DNA from: an uncultured Candidatus Bathyarchaeia archaeon
Lineage (GTDB): Archaea; Thermoproteota; Bathyarchaeia; Bathyarchaeales; Bathyarchaeaceae
Direction: 5' to 3'
Length of the DNA: 64,000 nt
Assembly: GCA_964618695.1 (NCBI GenBank)
Contig: CAZUDX010000001.1
Coordinates: 268,886-332,885 of the forward strand
Shown piece by piece: positions 1 through 9,658 of the stretch. The notes below the pieces were generated by a model. The model ran no database searches, was not told where the DNA came from, and saw only the letters and a program-made list of their open reading frames with translations. Every line of letters starts with the position of its first letter. The first letter of the stretch is position 1. Position numbers and translations under genes: made by a program.

Positions 1-1
1 A

Positions 2-397
2 ATTGTAAAAGTTTTTGAGGATTACAACGCAGATGTGGTATTTTTAGTTGAAGAGGTTAAGGACCCACGAAGATACGGGGTCATTATTGGAGACGAAGTG
101 AAGCAGGGCGTGTTTGAGGTGAAAAAGATCTTCGAAAAACCTCAGGAGCCGCCATCTAATTTAGGTGTAATCGCCTTGTATATTTTTAAACCAATAATTT
201 ATCGGGCGATTGAGAAGGTTGAGGCGGATAAGAGTGGTGAGGTTCAGTTGACGGACGCGATTAGTCTTCTTTTGGATTGGAAGTTCAAGGTTTATGCTGT
301 TAAGCTAAAACCTAGTGAAAGGCGTATCGATCTGGGAACGCCCGAAACTTATTTAGAAATTCTGAAGACAATGCCATATACTACACATGCATCCTAG
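2..397 (+). CDS. Sugar-1-phosphate nucleotidyltransferase (RmlA/GalU-like), C-terminal part; 5' end outside the window
   Basis: The frame is open from nt 2 with no stop. Motifs RYGV, EKPQEPPSNLGVIALYIF, GEVQLTD and IDLGTPETY match the C-terminal half of NTP_transferase-family enzymes. Stop codon at 395-397. Confidence 0.75.
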   Translation: MVKVFEDYNADVVFLVEEVKDPRRYGVIIGDEVKQGVFEVKKIFEKPQEPPSNLGVIALYIFKPIIYRAIEKVEADKSGEVQLTDAISLLLDWKFKVYAVKLKPSERRIDLGTPETYLEILKTMPYTTHAS

Positions 398-523
398 TGG
401 GATGCCATCACAGCCCATTGGATAGGTCGTCCAGACCTAGCCAACAGCGTGGCAGCATTTACGCCTATGAAGCAAAAAAACGGTTCCATTCAAAGAACAG
501 TCAAGAGCAGATTTGTTTTAGGT

Positions 524-1276
524 TTATGCAAGTTTTTCGCCCTTTGCGATTAGAAATATTCCCTTATCATTCTTTGAAAGAGCCTCTTTTCCAATCAACA
601 CTAAATAGTATAAAAAGAATTTTTTACCATACCTAAAACAGTTTTTTATACCCTTTATGAAGAGTTTCCTTGAAAATTCACTCCTGAAAATAGGATAGAC
701 TTTGACGTTCTTGAAGCCGGATGTTTCTAGAATATTTCTTAGTTCATCTGCTTTGAAGAGCTTTATTACATAGTTGTCTTTCTTATGTTTCTGGAGGAGC
801 TTTTGATCCTGTATAGTTTCAAGGCAATCTACAGATAATAGGAATTTGCCTCCGGGTTTTAGTATCCTGTAAATTTCTTTGATGGTTTCCTCGTAGTTTG
901 GGATATGCTCTATGGTACAGATGCTGAAGACTTTATCGAAATAGTTGTCGCAGAAATTCTCTTCTTCCAGTTTTCCACATCTAAACTCGTTTAATATGTT
1001 CAGGCTTCTACATTCTGAAGACAACTTTCTGGCATGACCTATTGCGCTCTCGTTGGGGTCTACGCCTATGATTTGCTTACATTTCTTTCCTATGTGAAGA
1101 GTTTGCAAGCCTGTTCCACAACCCAAATCTAGAACTACATCTTCTTTTGAGAATTTTTCTCCCTTTATGAGCTGCTTAAATTCGTATATTTTGAATGGGC
1201 TGGAATACAAATAGACGCTGGGAAAGATTCTGAAGCGAATAAGCATTTTCCTAACAAATTTTTTCAGCTCAACCAT
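524..1276 (-). CDS. Class I SAM-dependent methyltransferase
   Basis: 250-aa ORF with SAM-binding motif I (VLDLGCGTG), a following acidic loop (GVDPNE) and ILKPGGKFLL. Confidence 0.8.
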   Translation of the reverse strand: MVELKKFVRKMLIRFRIFPSVYLYSSPFKIYEFKQLIKGEKFSKEDVVLDLGCGTGLQTLHIGKKCKQIIGVDPNESAIGHARKLSSECRSLNILNEFRCGKLEEENFCDNYFDKVFSICTIEHIPNYEETIKEIYRILKPGGKFLLSVDCLETIQDQKLLQKHKKDNYVIKLFKADELRNILETSGFKNVKVYPIFRSEFSRKLFIKGIKNCFRYGKKFFLYYLVLIGKEALSKNDKGIFLIAKGEKLA

Positions 1277-1323
1277 TCAATTACCACCCACCTAGTTCAC
1301 CCACTGAAAAATCGTAAAATTAG

Positions 1324-2463
1324 CTATAATGGATTAAGCAAACATTCATAAAATTTCAGATGTAATTGTGAAATCCGTTTCCATGAAAATTCTTCTGTAT
1401 ATTGAAGCGCATTAGTCGCTAAGCTTTTCTGCAATTCTCTGTCCTTATAGACATTCAGAAGAACATTTAGCAAACTGCTTGGTTCGTTAACGTCAAATGG
1501 CATGAAATGCTTTTTCGGAACTATATATGGCATATCTTTGACAGCATCTTCTGTGGCAACTACTGGTTTTCTACTAAGAAAAGCGTACATTGTCTTTACA
1601 TGAGGTCCACTGTATGAAGGCGTATGCGGAAGTATCATTACATCGGGTAACGACATTAATTCGTCGAGTTTTTTTACGAACCCTAGCGGGACAAAGTATT
1701 CTGTTTTTGGAAGAGTTTTAGAACCGATGCCCGCCACAACGAAGACAAGCTTTTTTTCCGTAATTTTTTCGAACTCGTTAGAAACAAAATTTGAGATTTT
1801 GTACAAGTTCATGGCGTCGTCGTAATTTGGTTTGAAAGCCATCGAGCCGAAAAATAGAACAGCAAATGTTGGATGTACCCCATATTTTTCGCGAATACGT
1901 GAGCAATCAACGTTTTCTTCAATTTTTAGGGTGGGTGCCCCATTCGGTATCACTGCCATTTTTTCATGTGCAAGGTTCCCATGTAATTCTTCAAACCACT
2001 TCTTCACGCTTAGTCCTGGGGTTATCGAGGCGTCAAAAAGAGTTAGCACAATTCTTTGAAGTATTAGATGAAGTCGTCCAGTAACGCTTTTTCGAGGATC
2101 AGATTTGAATCGCTTGTCGTGAAAAACAATTACGAATTTTTTAGTGAAGGGGCGCATAAGTAGAAACAGAGCCAGAGTTTTAAGAGGAGAGAAGCATTCT
2201 ATCTGAACCATATCATATTTGTGAGTTAATCCGCTTGCAACAAGTTGTGCAATCCAGCTGAAAACTTTAAGAAAATTTAGTAACCTAGGAATAGTAATCA
2301 CACACAAATTCGCGATGTTTGCCCTTTTCACCTGATGTTCTATACTGGCTGAAAGTGTTACCTGAATACCCTGATCGGCTAGTCCGTTTGCAACTTGAAG
2401 AACTCTCTCATCAGTGCCGTTGACCCTTGAAATGAGACCGGAATACAAAATCGCTACACGCAA
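1324..2463 (-). CDS. GT-B fold glycosyltransferase (GT4-like)
   Basis: 379-aa ORF. The N-terminus MRVAILYSG...NGTDERVLQVANGLADQGIQVTL is typical of the GT4 N-terminal Rossmann domain. C-terminal motifs are weaker. Lies inside the glycosyltransferase cluster. Confidence 0.6.
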   Translation of the reverse strand: MRVAILYSGLISRVNGTDERVLQVANGLADQGIQVTLSASIEHQVKRANIANLCVITIPRLLNFLKVFSWIAQLVASGLTHKYDMVQIECFSPLKTLALFLLMRPFTKKFVIVFHDKRFKSDPRKSVTGRLHLILQRIVLTLFDASITPGLSVKKWFEELHGNLAHEKMAVIPNGAPTLKIEENVDCSRIREKYGVHPTFAVLFFGSMAFKPNYDDAMNLYKISNFVSNEFEKITEKKLVFVVAGIGSKTLPKTEYFVPLGFVKKLDELMSLPDVMILPHTPSYSGPHVKTMYAFLSRKPVVATEDAVKDMPYIVPKKHFMPFDVNEPSSLLNVLLNVYKDRELQKSLATNALQYTEEFSWKRISQLHLKFYECLLNPL

Positions 2464-2476
2464 GAACGTCTCACAT

Positions 2477-3700
2477 CTAAACCAAAAGGTCTACGCACGG
2501 CTTTTGCGTTTCCATGATGCCTAAAGATTCTTTCCAGATGCCCAACAATTTATCAACTTCTTTATGAACATTAAAGTCTGCTTCGATTTTTTCTCTTCCA
2601 TTCTCGCCTATCCTGACACGTAAGTTTTCGTCATCTAACAAGGTTTTAATCACGTTCGCTAATTGTTCAACGTTTTTAGGCTCTACTAAAAGTCCTTCTT
2701 TTCCAGTTTCTATAAGCTCGGGTACTCCCGAAATATTCGTAGAAACGGTTGGTACCCGAAGATACATGGATTCCATTAAAGCCACGGGGATTCCATCCAT
2801 ATCTCCATTTTTTCCTTTTACGCACGGTAGAACGAAAATCGTTGCTTTACGTAACTCTTCAAGTAGAGAATCGTCACTTAAATTTCCCAAAAACTCAACA
2901 TTCTCTTGCAGATTCAAAAATTCAACCATTTTCCTTAATTCTTTTTCAAGAGGACCGGAGCCTACAATTACATAACGAATTTTTGGATAATGCTTTATCA
3001 ACTCGTTAATTGCAATAATCCCATATCGTATTCCCTTTTTTTCCACCAGTCTCCCTATCGTTAGGATTCTGAAAGGTTCCGGGTTACTTTTTACGAATTT
3101 GAGTTTAGCAAGATTAGAGCATGCTCTAACTACGTGAATTTTGTCTTTGTCAACACCTGTAATTTCATGCAAATAATCTCTGTTGTATTGAGAAATGGTT
3201 ATTATCGCTGATGCCAGCTCCATCCGTTGTTGTAATGCTTTTTTGTTAGGATTCACAAAGATGTCCACTGCGTGACCTGTGAAAGTAAAAGGAATTCCAA
3301 GTTTTTTCGACATCAACATCGCCGTATGTGCAGCCATATCACTAAAATGAGCGTGTAAAACGTCTATTGGCAAATCTTTCGCGATTTCAGAAAAGTATTT
3401 TGCTGCAGCGATGGATAGTACCTTAGTACTCAATTTTTCGCAAGAATGTTTCCACCCGAACGACCCAAAAGATTGCAGTGCTATTTTTATCTGGTTCAAT
3501 CTCAATCTTGGATTTTGAAAATAGTGAACATTGCTCCACAAGTTGAACTCGTCGAGTTCTTCGTGAAAAATACCGTTTTCGGGAGGAAAAATAGAGAATA
3601 CATGAACATTGTGACCTTCTCTTACAAGCTCTACAATTTCGTTTAGAACAAACGTTTGAGTAAGTTGCGGAAAAGTAGAAAGCACATATGCTATATTCAT
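2477..3700 (-). CDS. Glycosyltransferase family 4 (WcaL-like)
   Basis: 407-aa ORF. GRLVEKKG...VGSGPLEKEL...DGIPVALMESMYLRVPTVSTNISGVPELIETGKEGLLV matches the GT4 EX7E-type C-terminal domain. Confidence 0.85.
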   Translation of the reverse strand: MNIAYVLSTFPQLTQTFVLNEIVELVREGHNVHVFSIFPPENGIFHEELDEFNLWSNVHYFQNPRLRLNQIKIALQSFGSFGWKHSCEKLSTKVLSIAAAKYFSEIAKDLPIDVLHAHFSDMAAHTAMLMSKKLGIPFTFTGHAVDIFVNPNKKALQQRMELASAIITISQYNRDYLHEITGVDKDKIHVVRACSNLAKLKFVKSNPEPFRILTIGRLVEKKGIRYGIIAINELIKHYPKIRYVIVGSGPLEKELRKMVEFLNLQENVEFLGNLSDDSLLEELRKATIFVLPCVKGKNGDMDGIPVALMESMYLRVPTVSTNISGVPELIETGKEGLLVEPKNVEQLANVIKTLLDDENLRVRIGENGREKIEADFNVHKEVDKLLGIWKESLGIMETQKPCVDLLV

Positions 3701-4428
3701 TGGGGCACCTTTAGCTGGTCAATGGGCTTTTGTGGATGTTTTAATTGTTTTGAACATGCGAAATACCAGCCGCTAGACATAAAATGTGGCAGATTGTCGG
3801 CTAGTCGGCAGTCTAAAGTAGCTAAGAAGGTGTCACGCAAAAAGGGTAGAAACATTATGAAGTCTGAGTTTTGGATGAACAAAATCTGGAACCCTTTCTT
3901 GCCCAATAGCCTTTTCAATCGTCCGATAGTGAAGTTTGTTTTGTGTGCTTGACCCTGTCGTTGTTTTTTCTGCAAACCAATTCGAACAAACAACTTTCTG
4001 GAGAGTCTTTGCGGAGTCTCCGAAAACACTTCGTAAGGTCCCAGTCCATTAGGAACTGTAAGGAAAAGAACCCCACCACGTCGGATAGCCTTAGCGAGCT
4101 GATTGATGACGGTTTCTGGATTGTCAACATGCTCAAGCACTTCAGAACATATTATAACATCAAACTTTCTTTGTAGCTGGTCAATCTTTTCAGCCTCAAG
4201 AAGCATGAAAGAGGCGTTACTGTTTTTATTACTCTGTGACGCAAGTTGAATGCGATCTGGATTAATATCAATTCCCAAGACGTTGTGACCTAGTTTGGCT
4301 AATTCCAAAGCTACAGGTCCTTCACCACAACCAACATCAAGGATATCTAGAGCTCCTTTTTTTCTTGCCATAAATTCTATAGCAGTGAATATGGATCTTA
4401 GCCTCTTTACGTCAAGTGGTCTCTTCAA
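3697..4428 (-). CDS. Class I SAM-dependent methyltransferase
   Basis: 243-aa ORF with ILDVGCGEGP motif I, GIDINPD, and VIICSEVLEHVDNP (Methyltransf_11-like). Has 4-nt overlaps with both neighbouring genes. Confidence 0.8.
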   Translation of the reverse strand: MKRPLDVKRLRSIFTAIEFMARKKGALDILDVGCGEGPVALELAKLGHNVLGIDINPDRIQLASQSNKNSNASFMLLEAEKIDQLQRKFDVIICSEVLEHVDNPETVINQLAKAIRRGGVLFLTVPNGLGPYEVFSETPQRLSRKLFVRIGLQKKQRQGQAHKTNFTIGRLKRLLGKKGFQILFIQNSDFIMFLPFLRDTFLATLDCRLADNLPHFMSSGWYFACSKQLKHPQKPIDQLKVPQ

Positions 4429-7400
4429 TCTTGAACTTGCCCTTCCAAAATTCCTAAGTAATAAAGCTCAAGCGTCTCTTCAGTAGATCTCTGATAATAG
4501 TACAGTTTTAACTTCGCACCATTTTCGAGTAGTTCCGATGGGATTGCAATCAAGTTGTTACCGGTAGTTAAAACGCCCGTCACTATATCTCCTTTATCAG
4601 AGATTAATTCAAAAAGAATAGGTGATTGTAATGAGAGACTGTTAATGGAAATTGCCAGATTCTTCTCAGGGGGATTTCCAGTTATTGCAGGTATCACTCC
4701 TTCCACGCCAACAAGGTGCATTTTCAATTCGACTTGGTCTAGGTAGTAAGTGCATGAGCCGCCAGTGAAGCTTATTTCTACATAGTCGATCTTGCCCCAT
4801 GTGGGATTCCCAACACTTTTGAATGAGCTTAACGGAATTGTGAAATGTTTCCATCCAACAAAATCATCAGTTATTGAAGTGAGATACAAGTCTTCCCAAG
4901 TGCTCTCTTCCACGGTATGAAAACTTATCTGAATAGGATTGGTTGTGTTTGCACCATAAAGGTAAAAGCTTAATCCGCCGTAAGACCTCCAGTCTTGGGA
5001 TTCGCTATAACGATGTTTAAGTGCTACGCCCTCCTCCGCGTCAATGTACACTTTTAGAGAATTGGTTCCATGTTCTTTTATTGACTCCTCGTTGCTCAAG
5101 GTTATTTCGTCTTCTTGGTTAATCTTGTCGCCATACCAAAATGCGTCCTGATAGTCATCAGCAATCACGTTGAAGTTCTCCACTAGAGGACTTACACTTA
5201 TGCCTCCATCAAGACCGCTGACATTAGTATAATCATTTAAAGGAACCCAGCCATACTCAAAGGAAGCCAAATATTTGTAAGTCTGTTCAGCCTCGTCTTG
5301 CGTTATTATCGTATAAAGATTAAACTTTGAAAATTCTTTTGACGACAGTACATAAGGAGATCTGCTGAGTAAATCGATATTTAGTGCTGGGAGTTTTTCA
5401 CTAAGATCTTCAAAGAATTCATAGTATGTATGATTGGAGTTTGGGAACAACAAATAGCGTATGTTACGATCAATGAGACCGTTTTTTAAGTCTTCTACAC
5501 TGTCGCCATTAAGATTCTGCAAGTTGATCACTCCATAAACACTGGTCACCTCAATTACAGGGTGCTTAGTAAAGTACGATAAGTGATGAGCGTGACATGT
5601 AATTATCGTGTAATCATCTTGTAGCTCTTGATTGAAATAGGGTATAACCTCATCGAGATTGTTCTGCCAACCCTCAGGAAGGTAGTAAACATTTTCTTGA
5701 ACATTAATAACAGCGTTCAATGACACAGGCACCAATGAAAAAGAAAGCAGTCCTATGAAGATGAAAGGAAGAAACGAATGAGAGTGATGAAGTAGTTTCC
5801 CAAATATTCTACGAGTCGACTTAAGATTGGGTATAGGAAGTAGAAACAACACTACAAAGAAGAAGGCAAAAACTATCAGCATTTCAACACCAGCAACACC
5901 TAACGAGCGAAACAATCCATCATTTATGTGTGGAATGCCAGAAGCGCCAATGTTGAACTTAAACGCCCATAAATAAATAAGAGCTAAACAATCGAAGATT
6001 GCGAAGCGGGCTACTAACGAATGCATAGTGCCTGTAGCTTCAGCTATCTTTTTTATTCCCATTGCAATGAAAATTGCGAATAGTGGAGCGAAGTAATATA
6101 GTCTCCGCAATTCTGGTCCCTCATATTTGTTATAGAAGGCCCAAGACCAGAAAACAAGCAACATCAGAAAGAATGACAACAAAAGAAACGATTTTTCAAT
6201 ATTTCTCTTCTTGAAAAAATCATGGATAGAAGTAAATAAGCCTGTGAGACTCGGAATCACGAAAATAGCGCCTAGACTAATAGCACTGAATAAAACATCC
6301 CATCGCAGAATATCCAAAATAGTGGGCAGATTTCTTAGAGCCCCAACTTCTGCAGTTATTGAAGGCATCAAAGCCCCAGCTGCAATATAATTTTCGTCCA
6401 ATAAAATGAGAAGCGGGATAGGTATTCCACCAACTAGGAAATTTCTAGCACAATAAAAAATGAAAACGATTAAAGGAACACTAAAACAGATCAGGTGGCG
6501 CACGCTAATTATTTCTGACAAGGAATTAGCTGCCAACATTTTGTAAAATAATGGTAGAATTAGCACGAAGACCACAAGAACAGGTAATTGTCTAATTGCA
6601 TAACCAAACAATAGGTGAATGGGGAAATGAAACAGGTCCCAGATAAGAAAAACGTTGTAAGAGATAACAAAAATAATTGATAAGCCAATTGCTGAGACTA
6701 TGGTTAATTTTTTTGCACGTGAAAGAAGAAGCAAGAGGCCCAACGCGAATAGCGAAGGCAAGAGTATGACACTTACCTCTTTTACTAGCAGCAACAGGCT
6801 GATTGTTGATCCTAACATGAACCACCAAAAGTTGGCATTTTCATATTTTCGGTAAATTTTTAGCAGAACGAGTCCTGCTGAATAGAAAAGAAATGTGAAG
6901 GGCACATCCAAGTATAGACTATAGTTAGAGCTTACCGCTAAGACAATTGGCATCGAAATAAAAGAGATGGCTCCTATGATGGAAACTTTTGAATCCTGTG
7001 AAATTTCCTTCGATATGAGATAAACTACTATACTGGTTAGAACGATGTAAATAAATGGAAAAACTCTTACAGCAAGGTCAAAAGTAACTGCGCTGTTGCA
7101 AAGAAAATTGAACCACGCATACACTAACGGTATTCCTGGAGGGGTCGGCGACAACATATCGGTTTGCATGTAATAATTGTATTCTAGTCCAGCTGTTTTC
7201 ACTATAGATTCTGCTTTGGGCAGATAATAAAAAAACGCATCATATTCTGCGAAAATAGAGTGTGATGTTGTGAACGCAAATATGACTAGCAGCAAGAGTG
7301 CACATAAACTCAGCAGGATAAGGTCTTTTGTGCTGGGGCGAGGGAAAGGTTTGTTTTTTCTGACAAAGATGAAGTAAACGGAAGATGCTAAGATCACCAA

Positions 7401-7589
7401 GCTAATTATCGTAAAAATCAGGAAGAAATCCAATATTACGGAAGAAACAGCGCTAATTATGTAACTGAAACCTATGAGCAAGAAATTCCAAATGAGACTG
7501 CCAAACACTATAACTTCCAAGGATGATAATTTGATCCTGTACTTTGATGAAAGCCAGTACAGTAGTACTAACCCGGGAAGAAAAGCCAA
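4425..7589 (-). CDS. Large polytopic membrane protein, GT-C-like, with a C-terminal extracytoplasmic beta-rich (carbohydrate-binding-module-like) domain
   Basis: 1054-aa ORF. About 620 aa of repeated hydrophobic helices include an acidic loop (AEYDAFFYYLPKAE) early on, as in GT-C enzymes. The soluble C-terminal ~400 aa ends in a CBM/CIA30-like pattern (SLKVYIDAEEG...WRSYGGLSFYLYG...WKHFTIPLSSF...IDYVEISF). Confidence 0.55.
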   Translation of the reverse strand: MAFLPGLVLLYWLSSKYRIKLSSLEVIVFGSLIWNFLLIGFSYIISAVSSVILDFFLIFTIISLVILASSVYFIFVRKNKPFPRPSTKDLILLSLCALLLLVIFAFTTSHSIFAEYDAFFYYLPKAESIVKTAGLEYNYYMQTDMLSPTPPGIPLVYAWFNFLCNSAVTFDLAVRVFPFIYIVLTSIVVYLISKEISQDSKVSIIGAISFISMPIVLAVSSNYSLYLDVPFTFLFYSAGLVLLKIYRKYENANFWWFMLGSTISLLLLVKEVSVILLPSLFALGLLLLLSRAKKLTIVSAIGLSIIFVISYNVFLIWDLFHFPIHLLFGYAIRQLPVLVVFVLILPLFYKMLAANSLSEIISVRHLICFSVPLIVFIFYCARNFLVGGIPIPLLILLDENYIAAGALMPSITAEVGALRNLPTILDILRWDVLFSAISLGAIFVIPSLTGLFTSIHDFFKKRNIEKSFLLLSFFLMLLVFWSWAFYNKYEGPELRRLYYFAPLFAIFIAMGIKKIAEATGTMHSLVARFAIFDCLALIYLWAFKFNIGASGIPHINDGLFRSLGVAGVEMLIVFAFFFVVLFLLPIPNLKSTRRIFGKLLHHSHSFLPFIFIGLLSFSLVPVSLNAVINVQENVYYLPEGWQNNLDEVIPYFNQELQDDYTIITCHAHHLSYFTKHPVIEVTSVYGVINLQNLNGDSVEDLKNGLIDRNIRYLLFPNSNHTYYEFFEDLSEKLPALNIDLLSRSPYVLSSKEFSKFNLYTIITQDEAEQTYKYLASFEYGWVPLNDYTNVSGLDGGISVSPLVENFNVIADDYQDAFWYGDKINQEDEITLSNEESIKEHGTNSLKVYIDAEEGVALKHRYSESQDWRSYGGLSFYLYGANTTNPIQISFHTVEESTWEDLYLTSITDDFVGWKHFTIPLSSFKSVGNPTWGKIDYVEISFTGGSCTYYLDQVELKMHLVGVEGVIPAITGNPPEKNLAISINSLSLQSPILFELISDKGDIVTGVLTTGNNLIAIPSELLENGAKLKLYYYQRSTEETLELYYLGILEGQVQD

Positions 7590-7656
7590 CAGAGGAAGCA
7601 GATAATAAAGTATCGTTGCTAACTACGCTCTAATTGATTCAACTTGTTCGCTACGA

Positions 7657-8814
7657 CTAAAGTAAGGTATCATAAATCGCTAGATATTTCTTGATTATCT
7701 TGTCCCATCGATATTCTTTTTCAACAGACATTCTAACATCTTGAGAAAATTTGCTTCTCAAGCCTTCATTATCTAATAAAGTCAACATTTTTTCGGCTAA
7801 CTCTTCCGGATTGTTAAATGAAGTTATGAAACCATTTTTGCCATCATCAATCAAGTCCGTTGCTACACCTACTGGGGTCGAAATTATTGGCAGGTCAGCG
7901 GCAGCAGCCTCCAGAATCGCCTGTCCAAAGTTCTCGTATAAGGAGGGGCAAACAAAAATGTCACCTGACTTGTACGCCTTAATTAGCTCATTTCCATATA
8001 AAGGTCCAGTAAATTCTACTTTATCAGCTAAATCCAAACGAGCGACCTTGCGTTTTAAAGCCTCTAGGTGACCTAACTTGTCAGTGAGAGTGCGCCTTTC
8101 ATCACCACCGACTATGGTTAATCTTGCGTCGTCGTTTTTTTGAGCCACGGTCTTAAATGCGTCTAACAATAGCTCCAGATTTCGGTCTTTTGTTATTCTA
8201 CCGACGAAAAGAATTCTCAAGAATCTTTTATCTCGATTAGCTTCTATTGCGTCATATTTAGCTAGGTCCACCCCTACGGGTATAATTTTTATTTTATCTT
8301 TTTCCACGCCAAATCGCACTAATTCATCAAACTCTTGTCTCGTTGAAGCTACAACATAATTAGCATGCATCAGCACGGTCTTCCGCGTGACTGCGTCATA
8401 AAAAACGTAAGGTAACTTTAGATGCGCTTTTTTAATTATTATTTCGTGTGCCACTGCGCATCCGTGGTTACTAACAACAAACGGAACATGCCTCATTTTT
8501 GAAATAAAGCAGGAGACATCAGCTTGGAAACTGCGATAACCATGCAAATGAATTATGTCCGGATGTGCTTTCAGCAATTCATGCATAATTTGAGGCGTGA
8601 ACTTGTAGGATAAGAAGCTGCCATATACCGGGAATCTGTTAACTCTTATGCCATCCATTATTTCGAAGGCAGGTGATTCTTCAGCTCCGAAGTTGGTGGT
8701 GTAGATGGTAGAATTCATCCCCGCTTTTTCACATTCTAGAGAGATTCGGTAGGCTTGGTTTGCTGGTCCAGTGACTCGTGGATAGAAACTAGGTATTACT
8801 CTGGCAATTTTCAA
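7657..8814 (-). CDS. Glycosyltransferase family 4
   Basis: 385-aa ORF. VGRITKDRNLELLLDAF...LTIVGG...FVCPSLYENFGQAILEAAAADLPIISTPVGVATDLIDDGKNGF is the canonical GT4 C-terminal domain. Confidence 0.85.
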   Translation of the reverse strand: MKIARVIPSFYPRVTGPANQAYRISLECEKAGMNSTIYTTNFGAEESPAFEIMDGIRVNRFPVYGSFLSYKFTPQIMHELLKAHPDIIHLHGYRSFQADVSCFISKMRHVPFVVSNHGCAVAHEIIIKKAHLKLPYVFYDAVTRKTVLMHANYVVASTRQEFDELVRFGVEKDKIKIIPVGVDLAKYDAIEANRDKRFLRILFVGRITKDRNLELLLDAFKTVAQKNDDARLTIVGGDERRTLTDKLGHLEALKRKVARLDLADKVEFTGPLYGNELIKAYKSGDIFVCPSLYENFGQAILEAAAADLPIISTPVGVATDLIDDGKNGFITSFNNPEELAEKMLTLLDNEGLRSKFSQDVRMSVEKEYRWDKIIKKYLAIYDTLL

Positions 8815-8841
8815 GTTAAGGCTACAATCCTGTTCGCATGT

Positions 8842-9633
8842 TTATTTCGTGCATGTAGCTTCCAGTTTCTCAGGGACAACCTGCTCTTTTGTTCTAGCGA
8901 TGGCGACTATATTTGAGTTCAAGTGATTGAATCCCGGAAGTTTTTCCATCATGCCCTCGAAAAAGTAGGTTAGCTTAATAAGCGAATTAGGAGGGTTAAT
9001 CTGCATTATTTTCGAGAATCGTGCAGCAGGAAAAGCGAGGAAGAACATGGCAAAGCATTTTTGCACATTAAAACCAGCTAAACTTAACGCGGATTTTAGG
9101 TATCCTGGGGTGTAGGGTTTTTCTCCTTCAGTGTGTGCTTCCATCGGGAAGAACTTTCGTCCAAACGCTGAGAGAGGGTTAAGCAAACTCGGCTCCATGA
9201 ACAAAAATACTGACCGAGGAAGAGAAACTCGTTTCAACCCGTCAGTTGCTTTTTTAATATCTAAGTGATGAAGGATAGAGATTCCTATGACAAAGTCGAA
9301 AATGTCTTCCTTAAACGGAAGCCTCATGGCGTCGCAAACTATGAAGTCAGCTTCAGGGCACACGAGTTTAGCGTTTTTAACCATGTTTTCGCTGATGTCC
9401 ACTCCAACAACGTTGAAACCCCATTTTAGCAACAGTTTAGAGAGCCATCCACCGCCACAGCCGTAATCCAGAATAAACTTCGGCTGCTCAGCCTTAAGCA
9501 CCTGTTTAATAAGTTCAAGTTCTCTTTTTCGTATAACATTAGGGAAGATGCTGTCATCGTAACTTTCGGTCTCGCCAGTCAAAGAAGAAACCTGCGCGGC
9601 GTCATAGACTTGTTTTTCATCAGCTATGCTCAT
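8842..9633 (-). CDS. Class I SAM-dependent methyltransferase
   Basis: 263-aa ORF with ILDYGCGGGW motif I, GVDISENM, and FDFVIGISILHHL. Confidence 0.8.
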   Translation of the reverse strand: MSIADEKQVYDAAQVSSLTGETESYDDSIFPNVIRKRELELIKQVLKAEQPKFILDYGCGGGWLSKLLLKWGFNVVGVDISENMVKNAKLVCPEADFIVCDAMRLPFKEDIFDFVIGISILHHLDIKKATDGLKRVSLPRSVFLFMEPSLLNPLSAFGRKFFPMEAHTEGEKPYTPGYLKSALSLAGFNVQKCFAMFFLAFPAARFSKIMQINPPNSLIKLTYFFEGMMEKLPGFNHLNSNIVAIARTKEQVVPEKLEATCTK

Positions 9634-9658
9634 AGATAAGGCTCGCTTATTTCCGTCT

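Noticed and set aside
397-636. 79-aa plus-strand ORF after the nucleotidyltransferase gene
   Set aside because: The composition is low-complexity and Ser/Arg-rich. It overlaps the 3' end of the well-supported minus-strand methyltransferase, and it has no RBS or motif.
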